Assembly: GCA_016198755.1 (NCBI GenBank)
Contig: JACQIB010000005.1
Location: forward strand, 96,001 to 160,000
Length of the DNA stretch: 64,000 nucleotides
DNA from: Candidatus Aenigmatarchaeota archaeon
GTDB taxonomy: Archaea > Aenigmatarchaeota > Aenigmatarchaeia > Aenigmatarchaeales > JACQIB01
Direction: 5' to 3'
Shown here: positions 28,637 to 38,455 of the stretch, one piece after another
Numbering within the stretch: the stretch's first letter is position 1
How the letters are laid out: the number at the start of each line of letters is the position of its first letter
Translations under genes and position numbers: made by a program
The notes under the pieces: model-generated
The model's input: the letters and a program-made list of their open reading frames with translations, nothing else
Told to the model about the DNA's origin: nothing
Databases searched by the model: none

Positions 28637-29203
28637 CTATTGGCTGGCTTCCAGAAGGAGTATTTTCTCGAAAAACAGGCTTTCCTCAGCTACACTCTTG
28701 GTTTTGAACCCCTCCTGCCTGAAAGCCTGTAAAACCTTTTCCAAACCTGTAAGGCTGCTGATTAAAAGCAAAACTCTTCCATTTGGAAACAAATGGATTT
28801 TGCAGTTTTCAATGAATTTCAAAATCAATTCTGAGCCTTCGCCAGCGCTCCATTCTTTCTCTTCATCAACAGGCAAATATGGGGAATTAAAAAGAATAAT
28901 GTCAAATTTGCCCTGAACAAAGGAAAAAAGGTCTGATTGGAAAGCTTTTATTTTGCACCCGTTCTTTTCAGCGTTTTGTAGAGTGCATTCTACAGCTTTT
29001 TCATTTATGTCTACAGCTGTAACTTCAGCCTTCCCTTTGCTGCAGAGTATTGAAAGCAATCCTGAACCACAGCCTATCTCCAAAATCTTCTTTCCCTTTA
29101 AATCAAGATTCTCAAGAAAGTGTGCAAACAGGAAAGAATCCTCGCGGGGCTCATAAACCTCCTCTGTTTCCAGTACAATGCTGCGGAAAAACACCTTTCC
29201 CAT
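28637..29203 (-). CDS. HemK2/PrmC-like methyltransferase
   Basis: VYEPREDS, LEIGCGSG, VDIN, FNSPY. Confidence 0.88.
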   Translation of the reverse strand: MGKVFFRSIVLETEEVYEPREDSFLFAHFLENLDLKGKKILEIGCGSGLLSILCSKGKAEVTAVDINEKAVECTLQNAEKNGCKIKAFQSDLFSFVQGKFDIILFNSPYLPVDEEKEWSAGEGSELILKFIENCKIHLFPNGRVLLLISSLTGLEKVLQAFRQEGFKTKSVAEESLFFEKILLLEASQ

Positions 29204-29251
29204 TTTTATCACAGGTGTTGTTTTAAATATAAAGCTGCAAAAACTCTAGGA

Positions 29252-29833
29252 ATGGCATTTGGTTTGGGATGGATAGATAAAGCAGTTGGATGGGATAGAA
29301 CACTGCTTCAATCTATAAACAACTTATCCGGAAATCCACTACTGGATTTATTATTTATATTTATAACTAATGTTGGTTTTTATGCTGTATGGGCTCTACT
29401 GGCTGCTATTCTGCTCTGGAAAAGAGAGAAAAAAGCCGGCCTGACTTTGCTTTTTGGGCTTGCAGTGGATATTGTTACTATAGTTGTACTGAAAACTGCA
29501 TTCCACCGCCCGCGTCCCTTTGAGGTTTTCGAGCTCCGCCTGCCAGCGGGGGGAGAAATTGGCTCCTCTTTTCCTTCGGGTCATACACAAACTGCTTTTA
29601 TGGCTGCAACCATTTTGGGCAGCTTTTATAGGAAAGCGCGCTGGCCCCTGTTTGCTCTGTCTATTTTAATCGGCTTCAGCAGGCTTTACTTGGGTGTTCA
29701 TTATCCGCTGGATGTGCTGGCAGGAGCCCTGACAGGAGCTTCTATTGGATTGTTTATGCTGAATATTTTTCCAATTCAAAAATTGCAGGATAAGCTGCAG
29801 GGTTTTTGGAATAGAATGAAAGGTGACAAATAA
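29252..29833 (+). CDS. PAP2-family membrane phosphatase
   Basis: K..F.RPRP, SFPSGH, SRLYLGVHYPLDV. Confidence 0.92.
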   Translation: MAFGLGWIDKAVGWDRTLLQSINNLSGNPLLDLLFIFITNVGFYAVWALLAAILLWKREKKAGLTLLFGLAVDIVTIVVLKTAFHRPRPFEVFELRLPAGGEIGSSFPSGHTQTAFMAATILGSFYRKARWPLFALSILIGFSRLYLGVHYPLDVLAGALTGASIGLFMLNIFPIQKLQDKLQGFWNRMKGDK

Positions 29834-29888
29834 TAGATTAAATAGACATATGGATCTGTTTTATATAATTTATGTACGAATTTGTTAT

Positions 29889-30488
29889 ATGGCAGGAAAA
29901 GGTACTGGAAATGAAATATTGATAATGCCTGTTCGGTTTTCTACTTTTACGCATGAGTATTCTTTTCCACCTCCGTTAAGTTTTCTTGTTCCGTTAGAAT
30001 ACGCAGAAATTACAAGAGCCCCGCAGAAACATGTTAGAATCGTCGGTGCTCATAGCGAAACTCCACGTGTTGTTGCCAATTATAAAACAGCTGGTACACC
30101 ATCAGATAGATTAAAGGATTATATGAAGGAAACAAGCGGAGCAGACAGATATACTTCTAAAGATAATTCTGTAACATTATGGTTTCCAAGAAATCTGCAG
30201 GATGTTGTCATTTTTGGACACGATACTGTACCTGAGACTGCAACAATTTCATCGGCTTTTGTTTGCTTTTCAAATGAAATAAAAGAAGATAATTTTAAAG
30301 ATAATTCAGTTAGAGTTTTGTATAATACGAGAAAACCGCCTGGACATGTGTCAGGCATGGATTATTCAGTTGATTACAGCAGGGTAAAAGAACCTGTTAG
30401 GAGCATTGTGGAAGCTGTGCTGGAATCAAGGGGTATTATAAAACATGATATTCATGTTAATAGAACCGAAGCTGTTGCAGCAGCTTAA
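29889..30488 (+). CDS. hypothetical protein (ORFan)
   Basis: ORF from MAGKGTG with a TATA-like box upstream; ends EAVAAA. Confidence 0.65.
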   Translation: MAGKGTGNEILIMPVRFSTFTHEYSFPPPLSFLVPLEYAEITRAPQKHVRIVGAHSETPRVVANYKTAGTPSDRLKDYMKETSGADRYTSKDNSVTLWFPRNLQDVVIFGHDTVPETATISSAFVCFSNEIKEDNFKDNSVRVLYNTRKPPGHVSGMDYSVDYSRVKEPVRSIVEAVLESRGIIKHDIHVNRTEAVAAA

Positions 30489-30607
30489 AATTCAAACCCG
30501 CAGTTAATGCAAGTATAATTCTTTCTTGGGTTTTCTGTATCCAGAGAAGGAAGTGAACGGTCAGACTGAACTGTGGGTGAGTTGCAGCGTCTGCACAGGA
30601 TTGTCAT
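30485..30607 (-). CDS. 40-aa zinc-finger mini-protein
   Basis: Not in the ORF track. MTILCRRCNSPTVQSDRSLPSLDTENPRKNYTCINCGFEF, with TTTAAATA about 25-30 nt upstream. Confidence 0.6.
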   Translation of the reverse strand: MTILCRRCNSPTVQSDRSLPSLDTENPRKNYTCINCGFEF

Positions 30608-30747
30608 GTAAAAGTTTACGTATCATAACTATTTAAAAACTGTGTTAGGCAAATTTAACTCGCAGTACCGAGTAAATTTATTTGAGCTTTTTGTTTTCCA
30701 GCTGATTTAAAAGCTGCGCAGGCAAATTAGGTTGGAATGTGAGAAGA

Positions 30748-31740
30748 ATGTTGGCAATAGAAATGAAGGGTGTTGGAAAGCAATATGAACAGAATATTGT
30801 AGAGCCTGGCATAGCTGGGGCTGTAAAGTGGTATTTGCATAGAAAAATAAAAACTGTACAGGCTCTGAAAGGGTTTTCCCTGTCTGTGAAAGAAGGTGAG
30901 ATGATGGGGGTTATTGGACCAAATGGAGCAGGAAAAAGCACTGCAATAAAAATAATGACGGGTATATTGAGGTCTGATTCCGGAAGCGTCAGGGTTTTAG
31001 GGAAGGATCCGTTTGAACAGAGGCAGGATCTTGCAAAGGATATTGGAGTTGTTTTTGGGCAAAGAACTCAGTTGTGGTGGGATTTACCCCCAAGGGATAC
31101 TTTTGATTTGCTGCATGCAATCTATAATATTCCTGATAAAACTTTCAGTAAAAACCTTGAGATGTTTACAGAAATTTTGGATCTGGGGCCTTTGTTAGGA
31201 AAGCCTGTTAGGAAACTCTCGCTAGGAGAGAGGATGAGATGTGAGATAGCAGCTGCCCTTTTGCATAATCCGAAATTAGTTTTTTTGGATGAGCCAACTA
31301 TAGGGTTAGACTTGATAGCAAAGGAAAACGTAAGGGATTTTTTAATAAAAATAAACAGGGAAAATAAAACAACCATAATACTTACAACACATGATATGGG
31401 AGATATAGAAGAACTGTGCGATAGGGTTGCGATTGTAGATATTGGAAAAAAGGTTTATGATGGGAAGCTGGAAAAGATAAGAAAATTGTTTGGAAAGGAA
31501 AAGGAAGTTTCAGTTGAGTTCCATTCACAGCCCTCTGCACAGGAATTAAGAAAGCTTGGGATGAAGATTGTAAAGAGAGAAGGGGAAAGGTATTGGTTTT
31601 CTGTTCATGGGAATATTTCTTCTGCTGTTAAAAAGCTTGTGAACAGGTTTAACCTCCATGATATTGAAATAGAAGAACCTGAGATAGAAGAGATTATAAA
31701 GAAAGTTTATAGGGAAGGTGTGAGGAATGCCAAATACTAG
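30748..31740 (+). CDS. ABC transporter ATP-binding protein
   Basis: GPNGAGKS, VFGQRTQLWWDLP, LSLGERMR, FLDEPTIGLD. Confidence 0.93.
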   Translation: MLAIEMKGVGKQYEQNIVEPGIAGAVKWYLHRKIKTVQALKGFSLSVKEGEMMGVIGPNGAGKSTAIKIMTGILRSDSGSVRVLGKDPFEQRQDLAKDIGVVFGQRTQLWWDLPPRDTFDLLHAIYNIPDKTFSKNLEMFTEILDLGPLLGKPVRKLSLGERMRCEIAAALLHNPKLVFLDEPTIGLDLIAKENVRDFLIKINRENKTTIILTTHDMGDIEELCDRVAIVDIGKKVYDGKLEKIRKLFGKEKEVSVEFHSQPSAQELRKLGMKIVKREGERYWFSVHGNISSAVKKLVNRFNLHDIEIEEPEIEEIIKKVYREGVRNAKY

Positions 31741-32533
31741 GGGATTGTTAGCTCTATCTAAAACTGCGTTTAAAAATTACACGGCTTACAGGGCCGAACT
31801 GCTTGTAGGTTCTGTTACAGTTTTTGTTTCTGTCACAATATCAGTGCTTTTCTGGGCTGCTGTATACGGATGGGATTACCAAAGAATAATTGCAGGGTTT
31901 ACACTGGCACAGATTGTAACATATTCTGCACTTTCCCTTTTCATAGCAAGGATAGCTGATACTGGGATAGAGTATGAGATGGAGGAGCTGGTTAAAACAG
32001 GAAATTTGCTTACATGGTTAGTAAAGCCTTTCACATACCTGCAGCAGATATTTTTCGGGGGCATTGGATACAGTATATTCTCAACCCTTACAAGGGTTGT
32101 GCCTGCTTTTATTCTATCTGTTGTATTATACAAAATATTTTTCCCATCCTTCTATACTTTTCTATTTTTTATAGTGTCTCTGGCTTTTTCCTACCTTACA
32201 GTATTTTTACTCTCTTTCATGTTCGGACTCTATGCTTTTTGGAGCAGGGGAAGTATCTTTGCAATAAGAAGGGTCAGGCAGACCGCTACTAACCTGCTTT
32301 CAGGCTCTGTTATCCCTCTCGCCTTCTTTCCAGCATGGTTTGTTTCAGCAATCTCCTTCCTTCCCTTCCTTTCAGTTTATCACATACCACTCTCAGTTTA
32401 CCTTGAAAAAATATCAGGACCAGAGATTTTCTTTGCTTTTGGACAGCAGATTATTTGGATAATTATCCTTTTGGGGCTTTCGAAATTCCTCTGGAAACGC
32501 GCAACAAAAAAGTTTGAGGCTTTGGGTGGGTAA
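31727..32533 (+). CDS. ABC-2 type permease
   Basis: About 6 TM helices, LSGSVIPLAFFP; coupled to the ATPase. Confidence 0.85.
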   Translation: MPNTRGLLALSKTAFKNYTAYRAELLVGSVTVFVSVTISVLFWAAVYGWDYQRIIAGFTLAQIVTYSALSLFIARIADTGIEYEMEELVKTGNLLTWLVKPFTYLQQIFFGGIGYSIFSTLTRVVPAFILSVVLYKIFFPSFYTFLFFIVSLAFSYLTVFLLSFMFGLYAFWSRGSIFAIRRVRQTATNLLSGSVIPLAFFPAWFVSAISFLPFLSVYHIPLSVYLEKISGPEIFFAFGQQIIWIIILLGLSKFLWKRATKKFEALGG

Positions 32534-33319
32534 ATGAGAGCAATAGAATTAACAAAAGCCTATTTGCGCATAAATGTTTTGGAGTGGATGGAATACAAAT
32601 GGGATTTCCTTATTGGGGTTCTTTCCATGCTATTTATGGAAATAACTCCTGCTATTTTTATCTGGGCGCTTTTCAGCAGGATTCAGGCAGTTAATGGCTG
32701 GAGCTTTGGGCAGATACTGTTTATTATTGGACTGGCTGGAATGGCTACTGCTATATGGAGGGTTTTCTTTACTGGATTCTGGAACTTTGACAGGTTTATC
32801 AGAATGGGTGGGCTGGACAGGACACTTCTTTACCCTATCAATCCTTTGCTGCACATAAATGCTGTAAGTGTCTGGGCTGATGGGTTGGGAAATGTTATCG
32901 CATCTGCAATTATTCTTTCCTATGCTTCTGCCGCTGCAGGCATACACTGGACAGCTCTAAGCCTGCTCCTCTTTTTCATTGTTTCTGTATCAGCTTCGCT
33001 TATACTAATGGCTCTAACAGTTATTCCTGCACTAGCAGCCTTCTGGACAATGCGTTCTGCTGTTTTTGCTGAGATTATCTGGCATTTTAAGAAGTTTTTG
33101 GATTATCCACTGGACATTTACGGCACAGCAATAACATTTTTCATGACATTTATACTTCCACTCGGTTTCGTAAACTTCTATCCAGCCCAAATATTTTTAG
33201 GCACAGGAAAGTATATGGAACTTGCCTTTCTTTCCCCGCTTGTAGCCCTTATTCTTATCGGCCTCACTATTTTGGTCTGGAAACAGGGATTGAAAGTTTA
33301 CGCAAGCACTGGAAGTTAG
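32534..33319 (+). CDS. ABC-2 type permease
   Basis: About 6 TM helices, G.LD..L.P, YPLDIY, Y.STGS C-terminus. Confidence 0.85.
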   Translation: MRAIELTKAYLRINVLEWMEYKWDFLIGVLSMLFMEITPAIFIWALFSRIQAVNGWSFGQILFIIGLAGMATAIWRVFFTGFWNFDRFIRMGGLDRTLLYPINPLLHINAVSVWADGLGNVIASAIILSYASAAAGIHWTALSLLLFFIVSVSASLILMALTVIPALAAFWTMRSAVFAEIIWHFKKFLDYPLDIYGTAITFFMTFILPLGFVNFYPAQIFLGTGKYMELAFLSPLVALILIGLTILVWKQGLKVYASTGS

Positions 33320-35058
33320 AGAAAGTATTTCCCTGAAGAACGCTGATCCTGGTCTAATTGGGAACCTGGTTTGTTTGCCCTCGGTCTTCCAGTCTGGGGG
33401 TCTTTTCTGAAAGTTACTCCAACTTGCTGTAAAAATTTATTCATCCCCTCACCTAGCTTGCAGGGCTCTGCTTTCCCCTCCTTTCCTTGGGAACCTGTGA
33501 ACAAAATCCCCGAATCAGCTAAATAGGATAAAAAAAGCAGATCATGATCTATTACCATTGCAGAAGCTTCGCGCACTTCGCAGACTTTCCTTATTGCTTT
33601 TGCAACAGCAATCCTTTGCTCTGAGTCTAAAAAAGCAGAAGGCTCGTCCAGCAAAAACAGCTTAACTGGCCTGCTTAAACAGAGAGCTATTGCAACTCTC
33701 TGCAACTCCCCTCCGGAAAGGGTTTTAACTTCTCTTTGCATTAGCCACTCTAATCCCAACGGGCCTATTAACTGGGAACGAAATTCCTCCCCGTAAGGAT
33801 TTGTTACTGTTGACAAAAGCTCTTCCACAGTCCCTGCTGTTGCTGACAAATATTGAGGTTTGTATGAAATTTTCTCTTTTGCACTTATTGTTCCTTCTGC
33901 TTCAAGTTCCCCCGCCAGAATGCGCGCGAAAGTTGTTTTTCCCAGCCCATTTGCACCGAAAATACCAACAACTTCACCCTTTAGCAATTTCCCATCTCCT
34001 ACCTGCAAAGAGAATGAACCCTGTTTTATCTTTAGGTCTGCCCATTCCAAAATCGGGGTTTGTTTAAAGCTGGGAGCGCTTTTTTGTAGAGAAAAGTTCA
34101 ACGCCTCAGTACGGAAACGCATGTTTTCATCTTTCAAATAACCATCTAAGAAAGCGTTTATTCCGACCCTTACGGAGTAGGGAGCAGAAACAATGCCATA
34201 TACAGCTGGAACCCCATAGAAAATATGGATTCTGTCAGCAACCATATCCAGAGTTGCTAAATCATGTTCCACAACAAGGACAGCTGCTGTTTTTGCAAGC
34301 TCCCTTAACAATTTAGCCATCCGCAGCCTTTGATAAACGTCCAGATAGGAAGAAGGCTCATCAAAATAGTAAACATCAGCCTTTCTTTCAGCTGCAACAG
34401 CAATTGCCAATCTTTGTAGTTCGCCTCCGGAAAGTTGTTTTGGAATCCTGTTTAAAAGTTCTTTCAGTCCAAGCATTTCTTCAACAGTCTTGCGCATGTT
34501 TGTTTCATTATACTTTTCCAAAATCTCATCAACAGTTCCTTTAATCTCAGATAAAAATTCAATATTCTGCGGCTTTGTTACTGTTTTAACTGTTCCTTTT
34601 TCAAGATTTTCCAGATAAGATTGCAGCTCTGTGCCGCGGAACATTTTTATTAATTCCCTCTTATCAACTTCCTTCTCTGTCCCAAAGTTTGGCTTTATTT
34701 CCCCTGTCAAAATCCTGAGAGCAGTTGTCTTACCCATGCCGTTTGGGCCTAACAACCCTACAACTTCTCCCTTCATTGGATATGGTAATCTGAAAAGAGC
34801 AAAGCTGTTAACACCGAAACGCTGCATTGGCTTTTCTTTTAGCTGTTCGGGAGTTCTGACAATTTCTATTGCATGGAAGGGACAAGCTTTTATACATAAT
34901 CCGCAATCAATGCACAAATCCTCAGAAATATTAGACTTACCATTCTCCCCTATCCAAATACACTTATCACCTGCTCTGTTTATAGGGCAGACTGATATAC
35001 ATTCCAAGTGGCACTTCTTCGGCTGGCATGTTTCCCTTTGTACAACTGCTACTCGCAT
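33316..35058 (-). CDS. ribosome recycling ATPase ABCE1/RLI
   Basis: N-terminal 2x[4Fe-4S] Cys pattern, two NBDs with LSGGELQR, GRPRANKPGSQLD. Confidence 0.95.
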   Translation of the reverse strand: MRVAVVQRETCQPKKCHLECISVCPINRAGDKCIWIGENGKSNISEDLCIDCGLCIKACPFHAIEIVRTPEQLKEKPMQRFGVNSFALFRLPYPMKGEVVGLLGPNGMGKTTALRILTGEIKPNFGTEKEVDKRELIKMFRGTELQSYLENLEKGTVKTVTKPQNIEFLSEIKGTVDEILEKYNETNMRKTVEEMLGLKELLNRIPKQLSGGELQRLAIAVAAERKADVYYFDEPSSYLDVYQRLRMAKLLRELAKTAAVLVVEHDLATLDMVADRIHIFYGVPAVYGIVSAPYSVRVGINAFLDGYLKDENMRFRTEALNFSLQKSAPSFKQTPILEWADLKIKQGSFSLQVGDGKLLKGEVVGIFGANGLGKTTFARILAGELEAEGTISAKEKISYKPQYLSATAGTVEELLSTVTNPYGEEFRSQLIGPLGLEWLMQREVKTLSGGELQRVAIALCLSRPVKLFLLDEPSAFLDSEQRIAVAKAIRKVCEVREASAMVIDHDLLFLSYLADSGILFTGSQGKEGKAEPCKLGEGMNKFLQQVGVTFRKDPQTGRPRANKPGSQLDQDQRSSGKYFL

Positions 35059-35067
35059 TCAAGTTTG

Positions 35068-35583
35068 TTATGCTGGGGCTTTTAAATCCTTTCCTTCTGG
35101 CCCGGAATCCTTTTCTTTTGGTCTGGTTAAAAGGTCCAAAGCTGCAAGATGTGCAGCTACTTGCATAGAAAGCCTGCTGGCAGCATACGTATGTCTTGCC
35201 CATGTAACAAAATAATCTGGAACCTGTACCTTTTCTGGGCCGTAAACAATCTCTCGCGGTCCAGCTGGCTTGAGAGATTTTCTGAATTCTGAATAAGCTT
35301 TATCTGCTTTAGGCCAAACAGCTAGTTCAGATGTTAGAGACTCTGGAGAAGCTTGAAGTATTAACACTCTGCTAAGGTCGTTAATTGGCTTAGGAGATCT
35401 TAGGAACAGCCTCCTTTCAACATACAGAACTACACCCTCAATTTGGACGCCTATATCTGCAACATAAAGTACTTTGCTTTTGCCTGAACCATGTGTTTCA
35501 GCACCATGGACAACTCCGCTTTGCCTATACCTTAGAAACTGCGCATCCAGCATACCAGGAACTTCAGCTCTGCCTTTAACCAT
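35068..35583 (-). CDS. hypothetical protein, tandem family member 3
   Basis: Own TATA-like box; shares the ADKAYSEF...VQVPD pattern with the two upstream genes. Confidence 0.65.
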   Translation of the reverse strand: MVKGRAEVPGMLDAQFLRYRQSGVVHGAETHGSGKSKVLYVADIGVQIEGVVLYVERRLFLRSPKPINDLSRVLILQASPESLTSELAVWPKADKAYSEFRKSLKPAGPREIVYGPEKVQVPDYFVTWARHTYAASRLSMQVAAHLAALDLLTRPKEKDSGPEGKDLKAPA

Positions 35584-35627
35584 TCAATGTTCTTTGGAGG
35601 AAAGGGATTTAAACTCCACGTAGAACT

Positions 35628-36152
35628 CTAAGCAACTCGTGCAACTTCAACTCCTCTTTCAAAGGGACGTGTACTTGTTTCTATACGTGGCAGGGAATCC
35701 ACGAGACTTGAAATATAGGGTGGAAACTGATCTTTGAGCAACCTTCCAGGTCTGGAAAGTGCGGCTATAACATCTGCAGGCACTTGAACATTCTCGCTGG
35801 ATGGCTTGGTTTTAAACCTCCTTAAAAATTCAGTATATTCAATGTCTGCACCATCCCTAGCACCCAGAACATTAAGTGCAACCTCATGCCTGGGCACTTG
35901 AACATATTCTTTTCTTCCAAGACTTCCTTTTGCAAGAGCTAGGCCAACAGACACTGCTGTGCTAGTGTCTGTTTGAGCAAAAGTCCCATGCGGAGCATAC
36001 AGAGCAATTTCTTGCCATCTATAATTCCTATCAGGCCCGAATCCACTGCCAAGCATCAATCCTTCAAGATTGTATCTAACAATAAATCCATCAAAAGTAT
36101 CTTCCGCAGGAGTTCTGGTACCCCGTTTTCCGCTCTTTCCTTCGCTGTGCAT
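35628..36152 (-). CDS. hypothetical protein, tandem family member 2
   Basis: Own TATA-like box; ADIEYTEF...VQVPADV. Confidence 0.65.
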   Translation of the reverse strand: MHSEGKSGKRGTRTPAEDTFDGFIVRYNLEGLMLGSGFGPDRNYRWQEIALYAPHGTFAQTDTSTAVSVGLALAKGSLGRKEYVQVPRHEVALNVLGARDGADIEYTEFLRRFKTKPSSENVQVPADVIAALSRPGRLLKDQFPPYISSLVDSLPRIETSTRPFERGVEVARVA

Positions 36153-36188
36153 AATTAAATAGATTGCACGAAAGGATTTAAATGCAAT

Positions 36189-36620
36189 TCAGCCTGTTTT
36201 TATTAGTCTTGGAATAGCTTTTTTCAGACGGGCTTCTGCAATCGCAGGAGAAGCCACATGATACATATCATTTACAACATCTATGGGTAGGTGCAATTCT
36301 CTCCTTGTTATTTTACGTGGGGGTTTGTAGTCTCTTGGCTCTAGTAAGAATGTTTTATAAACGGCTTCTGCATCAGATCCGGCAAAACAACTCATGGACG
36401 GCTTGCCAGGCCTGACAAGGTTGTTGGCATCTGTATTTATGGCAGAACATCTAAGGGCAAGAGACTCTCCTGTCGGTCCTTTTGGAACATAAATTAATGT
36501 TTGAATATTATCTACGGGAACCATTCCTTGTCCATGATAAATTGCTACGCTAGTATACTCTATAATCTCTGCTCTAACACTATCTGTATGTGGAGAACTG
36601 GATTGTTTGCCTCGGGGCAT
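36189..36620 (-). CDS. hypothetical protein, tandem family member 1
   Basis: Own TATAAATA box; AEAVYKTF...LHLPIDV. Confidence 0.65.
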   Translation of the reverse strand: MPRGKQSSSPHTDSVRAEIIEYTSVAIYHGQGMVPVDNIQTLIYVPKGPTGESLALRCSAINTDANNLVRPGKPSMSCFAGSDAEAVYKTFLLEPRDYKPPRKITRRELHLPIDVVNDMYHVASPAIAEARLKKAIPRLIKTG

Positions 36621-36657
36621 GATACAAATAGAACAGCAAAAGTATTTATAGCTTAAC

Positions 36658-37155
36658 TTAAGGTTCTGTGAGAAGCTCTGCGCGCTTCCCGAAAAGGGTT
36701 TGTGCTACATTGGAAAATGTTTCAGAAGATAACGGGGGCTTTCCTTTTGTGGTTTTTATTCTAACTCTTAAAATTTCGCCTGTAGGTGTATAAAGTTTAT
36801 TTATTCCAACAACAGCAGCAGGTGTTAACAAACTCTGAAGAAAAGAATTAAAATCCCCCTCTTCTAAAACCCTTATTGGTTTTCCAAACTGCTTTGCAAG
36901 AGCTTTTACAACAGCTCCTCCTTTTCCAACTAATTTCGAGCCATGTCCTTTCCCTGCTACCAAAAGCAAAATGTCAGAATCAACAGCCCTCTTCAATTGG
37001 GCATCAGAAAGGTTAGTATGCTTTTCAGCTAAATTATGTAAAAATCTGGAAATTTCAACTTCTTTCTGTGTTAAAGCGCCTGTGGAAAGCTTGTTGTTGC
37101 AGCCTGCACACAGCATATCTGAGCTTAAACATACTGAACATAACGGGAAATCCAT
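36658..37155 (-). CDS. archaeal NusA-like KH-domain protein with N-terminal zinc site
   Basis: PLCSVC..MLCAGC, KH motif LVGKGG, IRVLEE, GINKLY. Confidence 0.78.
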   Translation of the reverse strand: MDFPLCSVCLSSDMLCAGCNNKLSTGALTQKEVEISRFLHNLAEKHTNLSDAQLKRAVDSDILLLVAGKGHGSKLVGKGGAVVKALAKQFGKPIRVLEEGDFNSFLQSLLTPAAVVGINKLYTPTGEILRVRIKTTKGKPPLSSETFSNVAQTLFGKRAELLTEP

Positions 37156-37250
37156 GGGATTTATTGTAAACGCTAATTTATATAAACATTGCTAAGCTGT
37201 GAAAGGGACGGCAGCAAACCAATTTAAGCACATGCAGACAACTGCTTCGC

Positions 37251-38447
37251 ATGCTAATTGGTCTGGTTGGGGCTCCGAGCAAGGGGAAAAGTAGCTTTTT
37301 CAAAGCAGCTACCATGGCTGATGTTGCTATCGCTTCCTACCCGTTTACAACAATTTCACCGAACCATGGAGTTGGTTTTGTAAGGGTTGAATGTGTTGAG
37401 AGAGAACTGAAAGTAAAGTGTAACCCCAGAGTTGGGGTTTGCAGGGGAGGAATAAGGTTTGTTCCTGTGGATTTGATAGATGTGGCTGGATTGGTTCCGG
37501 GTGCGCATGAGGGGAAGGGGCTGGGAAACCAATTCCTTTCAGATTTGAATCAGGCTGATGTTCTTATACAGATTATAGACTGTTCCGGAACAACTGACGA
37601 AAAGGGTGAATCCGCAACAGGGTATGATCCTGCAAAGGAAATTAAGTTTTTGGAGGAGGAGATTGAGCTGTGGTTTGCAGGTATTTTGAGGAAGGGATGG
37701 GAGAAATTTGCGCGTGTGGTACAGGGAAAGGGAGAGGAAATAGAAGTTGCATTAGCTAAACAATTGTCTGCGTTAAAAGTTACTGAAAATCTTGTAGCAG
37801 AGGGTATAAGAGAACTTAAGTTGGATAGGGAAAGGCCTGAGGGTTGGACTGGGGAGCAGTTAATAGAATTAGCAAGGATTTTCAGGAAGGCAACAAAACC
37901 TATTGTTATTGCCTGCAACAAAATAGACCTTCCGGGAGCTGCTGATAATTTTAAGCTGTTAAAAGAACAGTTTCCTGGTAGGATTCTTGTAGCATGCTCA
38001 GCGCAGGCGGAAATAGCGCTGAAAGAAGCTGATAAAAAAGGGTTAATAGATTATAGGGCTGGGGACAAAAGCTTTGAGGTAAAGCAGCCTGAAAAGATTA
38101 GCAGGATACAAATGCAGGGACTGGACTTTATACGCAGGAATGTGTTGGAAGTTTTCGGCTCAACTGGAATACAGGAGTGCTTAGATAAGGCCGTGTTTGA
38201 ACTGTTAAAATATTCTGCGGTTTTTCCCGGAGGTATTTCTAAACTGGCTGATTCTCAGGGAAGAGTTCTGCCGGATTGCTTTCTTTTTTCTCCGGGTTCC
38301 AATGCTCTGGATTTTGCAAATAAAATACACGGGGATCTGGCAAAACACTTTTTGTATGCTATGAATGTTAAAATAAGGCAGAGAGTTGGAAAGGACTATA
38401 TTCTCAGGAACAGGGATGTTATAGAGATTGTTTCAGCTGCAAAATAA
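37251..38447 (+). CDS. ychF: YchF/Obg-family translation-associated NTPase with TGS domain
   Basis: GAPSKGKS, YPFTTI, DVAGLVPGAHEGKGLGNQFL, NKID. Confidence 0.9.
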   Translation: MLIGLVGAPSKGKSSFFKAATMADVAIASYPFTTISPNHGVGFVRVECVERELKVKCNPRVGVCRGGIRFVPVDLIDVAGLVPGAHEGKGLGNQFLSDLNQADVLIQIIDCSGTTDEKGESATGYDPAKEIKFLEEEIELWFAGILRKGWEKFARVVQGKGEEIEVALAKQLSALKVTENLVAEGIRELKLDRERPEGWTGEQLIELARIFRKATKPIVIACNKIDLPGAADNFKLLKEQFPGRILVACSAQAEIALKEADKKGLIDYRAGDKSFEVKQPEKISRIQMQGLDFIRRNVLEVFGSTGIQECLDKAVFELLKYSAVFPGGISKLADSQGRVLPDCFLFSPGSNALDFANKIHGDLAKHFLYAMNVKIRQRVGKDYILRNRDVIEIVSAAK

Positions 38448-38455
38448 TTCCAGGG

